DNA of 31,752 nt from a virus. Taxonomy: Duplodnaviria > Caudoviricetes. Below are positions 9,031 through 17,373 of this stretch, one piece after another; positions within the stretch are counted from its first letter, which is position 1, and each line of letters begins with the position of its first letter. Location: IMG/VR virus record IMGVR_UViG_3300020042_001016, positions 1-31,752 of that record; one strand, written 5' to 3'. The notes under the pieces were generated by a model, which had not been told where the DNA came from, did not search any database, and saw only the letters and a program-made list of their open reading frames with translations. Made by a program: the position numbers and the translations under genes.

Positions 9031-10265
9031 GTAAAGACGCCCCCAGCAACGCCAGTCGTAAAGTTTCCAGACCCCGTGACTTGGATTCCCGTGGCGGTTA
9101 CGTCAAGACGTTGAGTTCCAAGAATGGAGACGGCGAACTCCCCGATGCCGGGTCGATAAATCCCCGTGGAAGTCTCTGACGAAAAGTTCAACGCAGGCGT
9201 ACCCACTGAGCCATTGACCAAACTGATTGATGTAGCGCCTGCTTGGAAGGTGTTGGCGTTGAGGAAGTTTGTGCCATCGCAGATGAGCGTGGCTTGTTGA
9301 CCCGGCGGTATCACGGCGTTAGCCCCACCCACCACCCCTGTCGTCAAAGTCAACGAGTATCCATTGTCCGTCGTCTGATTTGACACCACATATAGATTAA
9401 CCACTGGAGGATACGTAACTGTTACGTTACCCGTCAAGCTACCAACAAATTCTTGGATCGTATTTTGAACTTCGTTCGAGGTTAAAGTGTAGTTACCCGT
9501 AACAATTGGCTTTACTAGTGCAGTAAAAGCAAAAGTTGAACTTACGCCATATCCAATCGTTACGTATTCTGTGCCTGTACAAACAATAAAAGACGATTCG
9601 TTTGGGTTGTATAGCTTGGTCAAAGAACCATCAATTGTGTTTGTAGCATCACAAGTAACAGTCAATGATCCAGTACCATTGTTCTTCAATAAAGTGAACC
9701 AATTATTTGCCAAACTCACGGCAACTGGAAGGTTTACTGTACCTGTACCACTACCCCAAACCTTTGTTTGCGCTCTGTCACTGCTTAAAAAGGTGTACCC
9801 ATTTGAAAAACTAGATGCTGGGTGCGTTAGGTTAAGAGTGCTAGAGATAGCTTGTAAACCAAGTCCAGCAAGAGTTGTGGCGTCTGCTGAAGATGTACCT
9901 GCACCAAAGTCAATAATAGACCATGTGCCAGCTACCGTAGGGTTGGCTGTGAGGTAGATGTATGAAGCCTTGTTTGCGGCAACAGAAATAATAGTATTTC
10001 CACTATAGTCAACCACCGTAAAAGCAGTTCCTGTCATGTTGCGTATCAAGGCGTCTGTACCAACCGAGGTTTGATTGGCAGGTGGCATATACAACTTGCG
10101 TCCTGCGGCGTTCGGCGTCACATTCATGATGCGAGCCGCATAGTCGTCAGTAGCATTGCCGTTGATAGGCCACGACAAATTGATGTCAGCAGTTAATGCA
10201 ATTGCACGAAAACTGACATCCGTTGGAAGGATGACGTCACCAGTGAAAGGAGATATATAACTCAT
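9027..10265 (-). CDS. Proximal tail fibre / tail appendage protein, 412 aa
   Basis: Thr/Gly/Asn-rich beta protein between adaptor and nozzle. Carries a GS...P.L.F..TGIY fibre module and ends TTGVAGGVFT. Confidence 0.7.
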   Translation of the reverse strand: MSYISPFTGDVILPTDVSFRAIALTADINLSWPINGNATDDYAARIMNVTPNAAGRKLYMPPANQTSVGTDALIRNMTGTAFTVVDYSGNTIISVAANKASYIYLTANPTVAGTWSIIDFGAGTSSADATTLAGLGLQAISSTLNLTHPASSFSNGYTFLSSDRAQTKVWGSGTGTVNLPVAVSLANNWFTLLKNNGTGSLTVTCDATNTIDGSLTKLYNPNESSFIVCTGTEYVTIGYGVSSTFAFTALVKPIVTGNYTLTSNEVQNTIQEFVGSLTGNVTVTYPPVVNLYVVSNQTTDNGYSLTLTTGVVGGANAVIPPGQQATLICDGTNFLNANTFQAGATSISLVNGSVGTPALNFSSETSTGIYRPGIGEFAVSILGTQRLDVTATGIQVTGSGNFTTGVAGGVFT

Positions 10266-10897
10266 GAGTCCACCGCTATGGCTTGTCGATCAGCAACACG
10301 TAACCTATCTTCCGCCATCAGTGTTTGCATGATCAAGTCATACTGCTGTTGGAAGAAGGGCATGCGCTCATCGTTTCTGAGGAAAGGCATTGCTTGCATG
10401 AGTGAACCAAACAGCAAAGCCTGAGGGGCGTAATTTGTAAACCAATTGGTTTGATTGCTTGAATCCAAAGGTTGGACTCGTTGGTAGTACAACACTTCAA
10501 AGTTGTAAGCAACATCAGGCGTAGGTGCAATCAACCAATGGTCGTAGTCGTAGTCACAATAAAACTTGGGAACACCCTCGTCTGTAGGGTTAGGCCAATA
10601 CTCTCGAAGGTATTCGTACTTACGTAAGAGAACAGGTTGGCGCTCACCACTCACCGTGACGTTCATAGATACCGTTTTGTGCCAACGAGCGGGTTTTTGA
10701 ATGGTTGCATCACCTATAACCATTGTGCTTGTATTTACCGTCAAGTTGCCAAGGAACTTTATTTGGCTAGCAATGACTTGCTCTGCCAACATAATAAACA
10801 AAGGAATTTTTTCAATCGTAGCGGTGTCCGTACGCTCCAAATAACTTTGGATGTTCTCTACGAGAGAATCGTAGGTCATTACCGAGGCGGTTGCCAT
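10262..10897 (-). CDS. Head-tail adaptor / ring protein (tail tubular A-like), 211 aa
   Basis: MTYDSL...I..YL.R..IPLFI.LAE N-terminus, G.PKFY..IAPTPD.AY..EV.YY core, and NW....APQALL.GSL..A..F motif. Confidence 0.75.
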   Translation of the reverse strand: MATASVMTYDSLVENIQSYLERTDTATIEKIPLFIMLAEQVIASQIKFLGNLTVNTSTMVIGDATIQKPARWHKTVSMNVTVSGERQPVLLRKYEYLREYWPNPTDEGVPKFYCDYDYDHWLIAPTPDVAYNFEVLYYQRVQPLDSSNQTNWFTNYAPQALLFGSLMQAMPFLRNDERMPFFQQQYDLIMQTLMAEDRLRVADRQAIAVDS

Positions 10898-10911
10898 CTT
10901 GAGTCTCCTTT

Positions 10912-11253
10912 TTAACCAACATTACGCTCAAAATGGGGACAATCAACAAGCGATTTGAAATTTCCTCCCCAACGATTTTTGGGGTTCAAGGTCTCCCAAT
11001 AAGCACCTAAAGGCGCAAGGATGCTCTTGTCCCATATTATCCGCCCTTCTTTGAAGAAATTCAAGTCAATGGCGCATCGCTTGAGGTGGATTGAATTCAT
11101 GGTCTTGGAACGCCCAGTTTTGAAGTAAATGGCTTGTTGTTCAGGGGTTCGAGCCAACTCCCCCCCAGTGACCAAAAAACCTTGTTCTGTGGCGTATTGG
11201 ATCAGTTTGCACATGTCTAACAAGAATGCGGCTTGTTCGGTGCTTAGGCTCAT
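10912..11253 (-). CDS. Endolysin, zinc peptidase M15 family (L-Ala-D-Glu peptidase-like)
   Basis: RT.EQQ, S.H.....AID (Zn ligands His and Asp), RWGG.F and D.PHFE (catalytic Asp and His). Directly follows the holin. Confidence 0.9.
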   Translation of the reverse strand: MSLSTEQAAFLLDMCKLIQYATEQGFLVTGGELARTPEQQAIYFKTGRSKTMNSIHLKRCAIDLNFFKEGRIIWDKSILAPLGAYWETLNPKNRWGGNFKSLVDCPHFERNVG

Positions 11254-11762
11254 TTTCTGCCTTTCATTTCTGCTAGTTTTTCAATAGTTCTGCCGCCAAA
11301 ATAAGCGCCCATGATCAGCATACCCCACTGCCCAAGCAAGGATACATAAGACTCGTTGGCGTTATAGCCAAAGGCGCTCATCATGGCAAACAGGAAATAT
11401 CCTGAAAAGATGGCAATCAGGCTCATTGGGCGTATGTTCTTGGACAGCCAAGAGTCTGACCCCATGTCGGACTTCCAGCGGTCTGTGACGTTGTCGTCCT
11501 CGTTCTGTGCGGCTTTGGCAAACAATTCCAGTTCAGCCAACTCCATCTTGGCTTTCTCAATTCCAAGTTCCAAAAGGCGCTCTTCGTGCTGAAACTGCAA
11601 CTGTCGCAAGTTGCTGACGTCTTCAGGTGTTGGATCGTCAGGAATTTTTACGCCAAGCGTTTTTTCAACTACTTCTTTGCCCTTGGCTTGGATAGCGCTT
11701 GACAATAGTGTTAACCCGTTTTGGGCAAGACTACCAAGGAGGGATGCGACTATTGGAATCAT
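11250..11762 (-). CDS. Holin, GTA-type 3TM family
   Basis: Start placed at MIPIVASLLG (11762). RW..DM.SDSWLSKNIRP motif, two C-terminal hydrophobic helices, AYFGGRT.EK ending. Confidence 0.85.
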   Translation of the reverse strand: MIPIVASLLGSLAQNGLTLLSSAIQAKGKEVVEKTLGVKIPDDPTPEDVSNLRQLQFQHEERLLELGIEKAKMELAELELFAKAAQNEDDNVTDRWKSDMGSDSWLSKNIRPMSLIAIFSGYFLFAMMSAFGYNANESYVSLLGQWGMLIMGAYFGGRTIEKLAEMKGRK

Positions 11763-12036
11763 TGCGTTTTTCCTTTTCAACTTCACGTCTTAACTTTTCC
11801 ATCTTTTCAATCTGCTGTTTGGCTTCATGCTTTGTTTCCAACACATCCAAATACAACATCCCAAGAAGAGGAAGCAAAATTACTATAAGCAAACAAGCGG
11901 CAATCCATCCCACAACTATCTCCCAATCCTGTGCAAGAGGGCTAACAGTAGCCACAGGTATAGGAGGAAAAGAAAAGTCGCCAGCAGGTATGCCTGCCTT
12001 TCTTTTAGGAGACGCTCCTCCTCTTTGCGTTGCCAT
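11731..12036 (-). CDS. Single-TM + coiled-coil membrane protein in the lysis cassette; true start possibly GTG at 11913
   Basis: WIAACLLIVILLPLLGMLYL hydrophobic helix followed by a charged coiled coil. GGGAG sits 6 nt before GTG 11913, which removes the 121-nt overlap with the upstream gene. Confidence 0.65.
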   Translation of the reverse strand: MATQRGGASPKRKAGIPAGDFSFPPIPVATVSPLAQDWEIVVGWIAACLLIVILLPLLGMLYLDVLETKHEAKQQIEKMEKLRREVEKEKRNDSNSRIPPW

Positions 12037-12584
12037 GACTCATCATCCCGTTTCTTCCTTGCCCTGTCCTGCTCTATCTTGATGACATCCCGCATATCAA
12101 ACACTTTTGAGTACAAAGCCCCCATTTCTTTAGGTGCGCCGTATACCATCGCTTCCCTTATCTCCGTCTCCAACAGCGCCATTTGGTCTTGAGCCATTAC
12201 CCGTTTCAGGGCGGCTTCCATCAGGTTAGCGTCGGGATCGTAGACAGTTTTGCTCTTCTCTTCCTCTTCCCTTATGTGCTCGGCAAGTTGTTCTTGAAGC
12301 TTAAAAAACTGGGAAAGCTGGACAACGATGTCTGCCATAACTTGGGTTTCGTCGACGGCAACGTAGGCTTCTTTCTTTTTCGCCACAGGCTTGGGGCTTG
12401 AGGTGGGCGTTGTTCCGAAGAGCTTTGCCCAGAATCCTCTGACTGCCTTGACATCTGAAGCAATTTCATCAACAGTTTTCTTGACCTCCATAAAGGACGT
12501 TTTGGCGTCCTTGTACAGCTTGCATCCCTGCTTGATGGCGGCAACGCAGGCGTTAGCGGCAAAGAGGATGCTGAGAGGGTCAAT
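11916..12584 (-). CDS. Helical protein with C-terminal TM anchor, ~222 aa; probable non-canonical ATT start
   Basis: The 191-aa ORF frame stays open 31 codons upstream of ATG 12491 (IDPLSILFAANACVAAIKQGCKLYKDAKTSF) up to the in-frame TAA of the previous gene. C-terminal YLLATFLFLLYLWLLLALL TM helix. Confidence 0.7.
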   Translation of the reverse strand: MDPLSILFAANACVAAIKQGCKLYKDAKTSFMEVKKTVDEIASDVKAVRGFWAKLFGTTPTSSPKPVAKKKEAYVAVDETQVMADIVVQLSQFFKLQEQLAEHIREEEEKSKTVYDPDANLMEAALKRVMAQDQMALLETEIREAMVYGAPKEMGALYSKVFDMRDVIKIEQDRARKKRDDESWQRKEEERLLKERQAYLLATFLFLLYLWLLLALLHRIGR

Positions 12585-12779
12585 TTATAGCCCCAAGAAT
12601 TTCTTTACAAACTCGCCAGCCACGCCCGGCCCGAACAACACGCACACAATAACCGCATACAACAAGTATTCGATCTTCGACATGCGCTTGTCCCCATTCC
12701 TCAAAGAGCGATCAATGCTGTTGTAGCGTTCAGTACAAACCGCTTCATGCACCGCAAGCTTGGTCTCTACGTTGTCCAT
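12585..12779 (-). CDS. Small coiled-coil + C-terminal TM protein (XhlA/holin-like), 64 aa
   Basis: HEAVC.ERY motif, coiled coil, then YLLYAVIVCVLFGPGV. ATG overlaps the upstream stop (TGATG). Confidence 0.75.
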   Translation of the reverse strand: MDNVETKLAVHEAVCTERYNSIDRSLRNGDKRMSKIEYLLYAVIVCVLFGPGVAGEFVKKFLGL

Positions 12780-12925
12780 CACTCAACCTGTTGAGGCGTC
12801 TCAGAAGCGGCTTTGGCTTCCTTTTGGATAGCCTCTATGACCTGAAAGACTTCGGTGTATGGGCGTGTTCCAAGGTATTGCAGGATGGCGTTTACCAAGT
12901 TGGTTGAGAGTTTGATGTCGTTCAT
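12779..12925 (-). CDS. Small hypothetical protein, 48 aa (tail-fibre-associated)
   Basis: Below the ORF-track cut-off: MNDIKLSTNLVNAILQYLGTRPYTEVFQVIEAIQKEAKAASETPQQVE. Coupled on both sides (TAATG, TGATG) and fills the gap exactly. Confidence 0.85.
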   Translation of the reverse strand: MNDIKLSTNLVNAILQYLGTRPYTEVFQVIEAIQKEAKAASETPQQVE

Positions 12926-13221
12926 TACCAAGGCACTCCTGTCGCTGTCACTGGGTTCTTCTTCAGTTCAATCTGTGCGGCAAGGCTTGTCTCTGTTGCT
13001 GTCTTATCCACGCCGTTAGCCCAACACCAATCAAGCACTTCTGCTTCTGTAACGCTGGCATAGGGAATTGCTGGCTCGGCAATGGCAAAGCTACAAGTGC
13101 TGTAAACAGAAGCTGTGTATTCTCCATCAACTGCCGCCGCAGTCCAATGTGCTGTCGTGATAAAGCCATCTGAGGTCAGATAGTCGGTTTGTGTGATTGT
13201 CCAGTTGTATGCGATAGTCAT
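12925..13221 (-). CDS. Small tail-fibre partner/chaperone-like protein, 98 aa
   Basis: Y.W.I....DG.I.TAHW..IPYA.VTE..VL.W..QI...KNP....GVPW pattern, directly after a fibre gene. AAGGAG RBS. Confidence 0.75.
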   Translation of the reverse strand: MTIAYNWTITQTDYLTSDGFITTAHWTAAAVDGEYTASVYSTCSFAIAEPAIPYASVTEAEVLDWCWANGVDKTATETSLAAQIELKKNPVTATGVPW

Positions 13222-13224
13222 GGT

Positions 13225-14673
13225 TTATGCTCCTTCTAAAGCAGTGATTCGGGCGGTAAGTTGGGTGATGAGGGCTTGCTGTTCTTGGATTGATTTAATA
13301 AGAACAGGAATTAACTCGGTGTAACGAACTGACATATAGTCGGTTTCATCGCCATGACGTTTGGTAATGTCAATTACTTCGTCTACAACACCAACTAAGT
13401 CTTGGGCAATAATTCCAAGTTTCTTTTGCGAATCAGATGCATCAACATCTTTTAGTCTATATGAAACGCAACGAATACTGTTTAGTTTATCTAACCCGTT
13501 AGTTATAGGCTCAATGTCATACTTGAGCCGTTCATCAGAAAATGTCCCCCATGAAGTACCGCCAGATGCAAGGTTTACTCCAGCAGTATAAGAATTAGAA
13601 TAAATTCTTAATGAACGAACACTTGAGTTTTGTCCAATGTAGTAAGCAGTGCTATCTAACCAATGATAGGCTTCATAACCACTACCCGATATATAAAACT
13701 GTGCGGTAGCTTCTGTTTCGTTACTAGCTTTTTTTAACTGTAAACTGCCGCTGGAGTCGAGGCGCATCTTTTCGCTTCTATCACCCGCCCCTGTGTTTGT
13801 GCCAAAAACTAAACTTAATGATTGGTCACTTGCAGAACCACTGATTGCACCAATGTAACCAATTCGATTTTGTGAGTTGCCACTAATGTTTAACTGATAA
13901 CCAACAAATGTGCCACCAGAAGTGTGAGCAGACCCATTTGTAAATGCAGCCGTGCAGTTTGCTGCGTTTGGAGCAGTATTGGCATAAGCAGTTGCGTTAT
14001 CTAAGTTTGCATTAAATCTTGCAGAAAACGAACTAATACCAATACCCACGTTACCGCTGGAGTCGATACGCATACGTTCTCCACCTACAGAAGCATCTGA
14101 ACTACTACCAGTAAACTGCAAAATACCTGCTGTAGCGGCATCTACACCATAGAATCGTATTTGAGAAATAGCGGATGTATCTTGTCCAAGTTTTAATCTT
14201 GATGCACCATGTCCAGTATTATTACCTGTTATTGTTACTGCACCTGCAACAGTCATTAGTGTTGTTGTATCAGGAGTTGCCGTCCCAATACCAAGCCGAC
14301 CGCTGGAGTCGATACGGGCGGCTTCTATTGCATTTGTATAGAAAATCATCGGGTGTGCGCCCGTTCCATACAAAATCTTGTTATTGCCACCAGCGCTGTT
14401 GCCAACAATAAAAGTGCTTGTGCCGTTGTCAAAAGTTACTTGCGGTGATGTTGCATCGTAAACAGTTAGCTTTGTAGATGGCGAAACAGTACCAATCCCC
14501 ACATTGCCGCTGGAGTTGATACGCATAGCCTCCGCACCACCCTCAGAGAAAGCAATGGTGTCAGCGGCAGGGAAGAAGATACCTGTGTTTGCATCTGTTC
14601 CCCTAATGGCAGGGGTTGCGGCAGTACCATCAACATCGGATAAGCCGTCTGTTCCACTTAAAATTAGTGACAT
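13225..14673 (-). CDS. Tail fibre/RBP with C-terminal intramolecular chaperone (peptidase S74 auto-processing domain), 482 aa
   Basis: Four xRI(D/N)SSG.VGIG modules, then SDERLK..I, G.IAQD, V.Y.ELIP.LIKSIQE and a terminal coiled coil. Confidence 0.92.
   Translation of the reverse strand: MSLILSGTDGLSDVDGTAATPAIRGTDANTGIFFPAADTIAFSEGGAEAMRINSSGNVGIGTVSPSTKLTVYDATSPQVTFDNGTSTFIVGNSAGGNNKILYGTGAHPMIFYTNAIEAARIDSSGRLGIGTATPDTTTLMTVAGAVTITGNNTGHGASRLKLGQDTSAISQIRFYGVDAATAGILQFTGSSSDASVGGERMRIDSSGNVGIGISSFSARFNANLDNATAYANTAPNAANCTAAFTNGSAHTSGGTFVGYQLNISGNSQNRIGYIGAISGSASDQSLSLVFGTNTGAGDRSEKMRLDSSGSLQLKKASNETEATAQFYISGSGYEAYHWLDSTAYYIGQNSSVRSLRIYSNSYTAGVNLASGGTSWGTFSDERLKYDIEPITNGLDKLNSIRCVSYRLKDVDASDSQKKLGIIAQDLVGVVDEVIDITKRHGDETDYMSVRYTELIPVLIKSIQEQQALITQLTARITALEGA
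13748..14526. repeat. Four dispersed direct repeats ccgctggagt(c/t)ga at 13748, 14054, 14300 and 14507
   Basis: Read directly. Spacings are 306, 246 and 207 bp, all in frame. Each encodes the (I/L)(D/N)SSG module junction. Confidence 0.9.
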
Positions 14674-14675
14674 GG

Positions 14676-14972
14676 TTATGCTCCAACAGTTCTGCTTGCT
14701 TGCGCCTGATATGCCGCAATAACTTCAGCAGTCCAAGCCACATTGCAGATAGCAGTCAGTTTTACAACATCAGCATCAGATATTGCTGAATAGTTTTCTT
14801 CTGCCATGTGTGCGTTTACTGCGCCAATTTGAGCATTGATGTCAGTTGCAGGAGGTAAAGATGTTCGGTGATTGCCGATTAAGTCTCCATCGCTAGAGAG
14901 TTTGTGCATACGCACTTGGACAGTACCATCCTTGGTAATTTCAATTTGGTCAATGATGAGTTGTTTAGCCAT
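14676..14972 (-). CDS. Small tail-fibre partner protein, 98 aa
   Basis: IDQIEI...G.VQVR..HR..L.P..V.AIC...WT.EVI.AY pattern, after a fibre gene. AAAGGA RBS. Confidence 0.75.
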   Translation of the reverse strand: MAKQLIIDQIEITKDGTVQVRMHKLSSDGDLIGNHRTSLPPATDINAQIGAVNAHMAEENYSAISDADVVKLTAICNVAWTAEVIAAYQAQASRTVGA

Positions 14973-14992
14973 GATTTTCCTTTAAGTTAAAT

Positions 14993-15907
14993 TTAAGCAG
15001 CGTTATAAACTACACTTCCACTAAGACCAGTTGTGTTGGTTAAATCTGCATCCGTTAAATTAGTAACGGCGCTTGTTGATGCCGCTGTTTTAAGTCCAGC
15101 TAGGTATGAATAAGTTACACTTACATCATTTATTGACGACAGAAAAACCCAGTTAGTGGCAAGATTTTCAAAACCTACAATGTTTCTACCATAACGGACA
15201 CTATCATTGTCACTGGATGATGTAAATGGATAACCACTTAAATATATATTCCCTGAAATTGTTCCTTTTGCAGTAAGTACGCAATAGTAATTTAGTGATA
15301 CTTGTCTACCAATTTTGGTATAACCACCATAACGAGTCCCATAGGTTTGTGACCCACTTACCGATGTTCCTGTTAGTGTAGGTGTCCAAGTCCCCTCCTC
15401 ATAATCATCTAGCGTGTTTGCGTTTGACGATGCTGATTGAGTTGCGGGGAAGGTGATGCCTGTGCCTGAGCTTGAGAGCGTTGCACCCTTGAGTGCTAAT
15501 GCGCCATTGCCCAGTGTAGAAAAAACATACGCACTTGCACCGATACTATAAATCCCAATACCACCAGACAAATTAGAGTCTGTTTGCATTAGAAAATCGC
15601 CAGCCGTTCCACCAGAATGGGTTAATCGAATTTGAGCGTTAGTACTACTTGAATTAACAAGGAAGCCTGCGGGTGCTGTGCTGGATATTTGCCCAGTTGC
15701 ACTCACCGTAGTAAATGCACCGGTGTTTGCTGTAGTAGCGCCAACAGTGCCGTTTAATGCGCCAGCAATCGGGTTGGTGAACGTAGCAACTTGACTTGCA
15801 CTTATAGATACCGCCGTAGTCCCCGCAGTTTGAAGCGCCAACACGCCGCTGGTGTCAGCAGTGGTAACAATTCCAGCGGTAGTACTGGCATTTATAGTCG
15901 ATGTCAT
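14993..15907 (-). CDS. Tail fibre/RBP, 304 aa
   Basis: Thr/Ser/Gly-rich, with a GITFPATQSASS.ANTLDDYEEGTWTP junction followed by a Y.KIGR.V-type tip domain. AGGAG RBS. Confidence 0.8.
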   Translation of the reverse strand: MTSTINASTTAGIVTTADTSGVLALQTAGTTAVSISASQVATFTNPIAGALNGTVGATTANTGAFTTVSATGQISSTAPAGFLVNSSSTNAQIRLTHSGGTAGDFLMQTDSNLSGGIGIYSIGASAYVFSTLGNGALALKGATLSSSGTGITFPATQSASSNANTLDDYEEGTWTPTLTGTSVSGSQTYGTRYGGYTKIGRQVSLNYYCVLTAKGTISGNIYLSGYPFTSSSDNDSVRYGRNIVGFENLATNWVFLSSINDVSVTYSYLAGLKTAASTSAVTNLTDADLTNTTGLSGSVVYNAA

Positions 15908-15910
15908 TGT

Positions 15911-16189
15911 TTACTCTCCTGCCGCCTGTTGTAGCGGGGTTAAATCTTCTGTTATAAATTGAGCATCAATGTTTTGCTGAAGTTGAGAGCGCATTGTTTC
16001 TGCCCATTGGTCTATCTGTTCTTGAGTCCACAATGATTTTGATTTGTAATCATTGCCGCCAAAATTTACAGAAACGCTAGAAAGAACCTTGTTGCCAGAA
16101 TCATTTGTACCTTGCATTTCTAAATTTAAAGATGCGGCATAGCCCCTGTCATCTTCTTTTAAATGCTTTACCAAGAATTCGTATTGCAT
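15911..16189 (-). CDS. Small tail-fibre partner protein, 92 aa
   Basis: Start placed at MQYEFLVK (16189, AAGGG upstream). The TQEQIDQW..L...IDAQ ending resembles the 12925-13221 product. Confidence 0.7.
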   Translation of the reverse strand: MQYEFLVKHLKEDDRGYAASLNLEMQGTNDSGNKVLSSVSVNFGGNDYKSKSLWTQEQIDQWAETMRSQLQQNIDAQFITEDLTPLQQAAGE

Positions 16190-16199
16190 GATGCGCCCT

Positions 16200-17360
16200 T
16201 TAGGAGATTGTTGTACAGTAAATATAGATAGTGCCAGATGATGTAACAGCATTAAGTCGCACAGATGATGTTTGACCAAAAGTAACCGTCAATCCAGTGC
16301 CATTGCTAGATGCAATTGTGGTCACACTGTTAACTCTGGTTGCAATCAAAAACCATCCTTGTGAGCCATCCGCAGTGTTAAAACCAGAAACAAAATGTAA
16401 TCCACCAGTTGCACTATTTGATGGCGCAATATCCACTACACTCGTTGATACATTTCCTGCAACATACCTTGTATTTGTTGGGTTTCCGTCACCATCAGAC
16501 AACACTACGTTATTTGATTTTGTGCGAATGTCTAAGCCAGCAGAGTTCCCACCAAAACCGCCGATGACAACATTATTTGCGCCAGATGTTATGAGGTAGC
16601 CAGCAGGGTATCCATTGGAATTATTTCCAGCACCCATAAATGAATTGCCTTCACCTGTGGCGTTGTATCCCGCTAGTGCGCCAACATAAACATTATATCG
16701 ACTAGCGCCAGTAGAACCAGAATAACCTGCTTGATATCCAATAAAAGTGTTGGCTGTACCCGTATTTAAATACCCCGCCTGATAACCTACCGCAGTGTTG
16801 TTAGATGCTGTGGTGTTGGAGTAGAGTGCTGACTTGCCGACCGCAACATTAGATGCGCCGGAACTATTGGTATAAAGTGCGCCATAACCCAATGCGGAAT
16901 TGTGATTTGCGGTATTAAATTTAAGTGACTCATCGCCAACCGCCACATTGCCAACCGCACTTGTTGCAGTCGTTAATGCGGCTTGCCCAATCGCCACATT
17001 GTTGTAGCCATTTGTCAAAGCCAACAACGCATCACCTCCAATAGCGGTGTTGTATCCAATAGAACCGCTGTATGCTTTTAATGCTTGATAGCCAACTGCC
17101 GTTAAATATGGGCCTGTGTTTGATGTTGAAAGAGCACTAGCACCCACCGCTGTGTTAGTAGCCACAGCACCAGCACCTCTGCCGACTGTTACGCCCTGTA
17201 CGGTGATGTCACTTGTGGTGGTAAGGGTGGTAATCGTCCCGCCGCCAACAGCCATAACCCCCGATGTGGACGGCAAGGTCACGGTAACTGTACCCGCCAC
17301 GGCAGGAGCAGATAGTGTTACAGACCCGCTTGTATCTCCATTTACAACAACGCTTGCCAT
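16200..17360 (-). CDS. Tail fibre/RBP with ~14-aa N.A.G..AL beta-roll repeats (YadA-head-like), 386 aa
   Basis: Start placed at MASVVVNGDTSG (17360, AAAGGA RBS). Repeats NTAVGASAL, NTAIGGDAL, NVAIGQAAL, NVAVGDESL, NSALGYGAL, NVAVGKSAL, NTAVGYQAG. Confidence 0.82.
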   Translation of the reverse strand: MASVVVNGDTSGSVTLSAPAVAGTVTVTLPSTSGVMAVGGGTITTLTTTSDITVQGVTVGRGAGAVATNTAVGASALSTSNTGPYLTAVGYQALKAYSGSIGYNTAIGGDALLALTNGYNNVAIGQAALTTATSAVGNVAVGDESLKFNTANHNSALGYGALYTNSSGASNVAVGKSALYSNTTASNNTAVGYQAGYLNTGTANTFIGYQAGYSGSTGASRYNVYVGALAGYNATGEGNSFMGAGNNSNGYPAGYLITSGANNVVIGGFGGNSAGLDIRTKSNNVVLSDGDGNPTNTRYVAGNVSTSVVDIAPSNSATGGLHFVSGFNTADGSQGWFLIATRVNSVTTIASSNGTGLTVTFGQTSSVRLNAVTSSGTIYIYCTTIS

Positions 17361-17373
17361 ATCTTTTCCTTTT

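Noticed and set aside
11914-12036. 121-nt dual-coding overlap resembling nested Rz/Rz1
   Set aside because: A GTG at 11913 with a GGGAG RBS removes the overlap, and the extension has no signal peptide or lipobox features.
12272-12583. 103-aa TTG-start ORF in an alternative minus frame
   Set aside because: Ser/Pro/Arg-rich off-frame composition and overlap with the better 222-aa frame. A nested gene cannot be fully excluded.
13748-14526. Dispersed repeats considered as a CRISPR array, invertible shufflon or Chi sites
   Set aside because: Spacers are 200-300 bp and coding. All copies are direct, with no invertase in view. GCTGGAGT differs from E. coli Chi (GCTGGTGG) and the host Chi is unknown.
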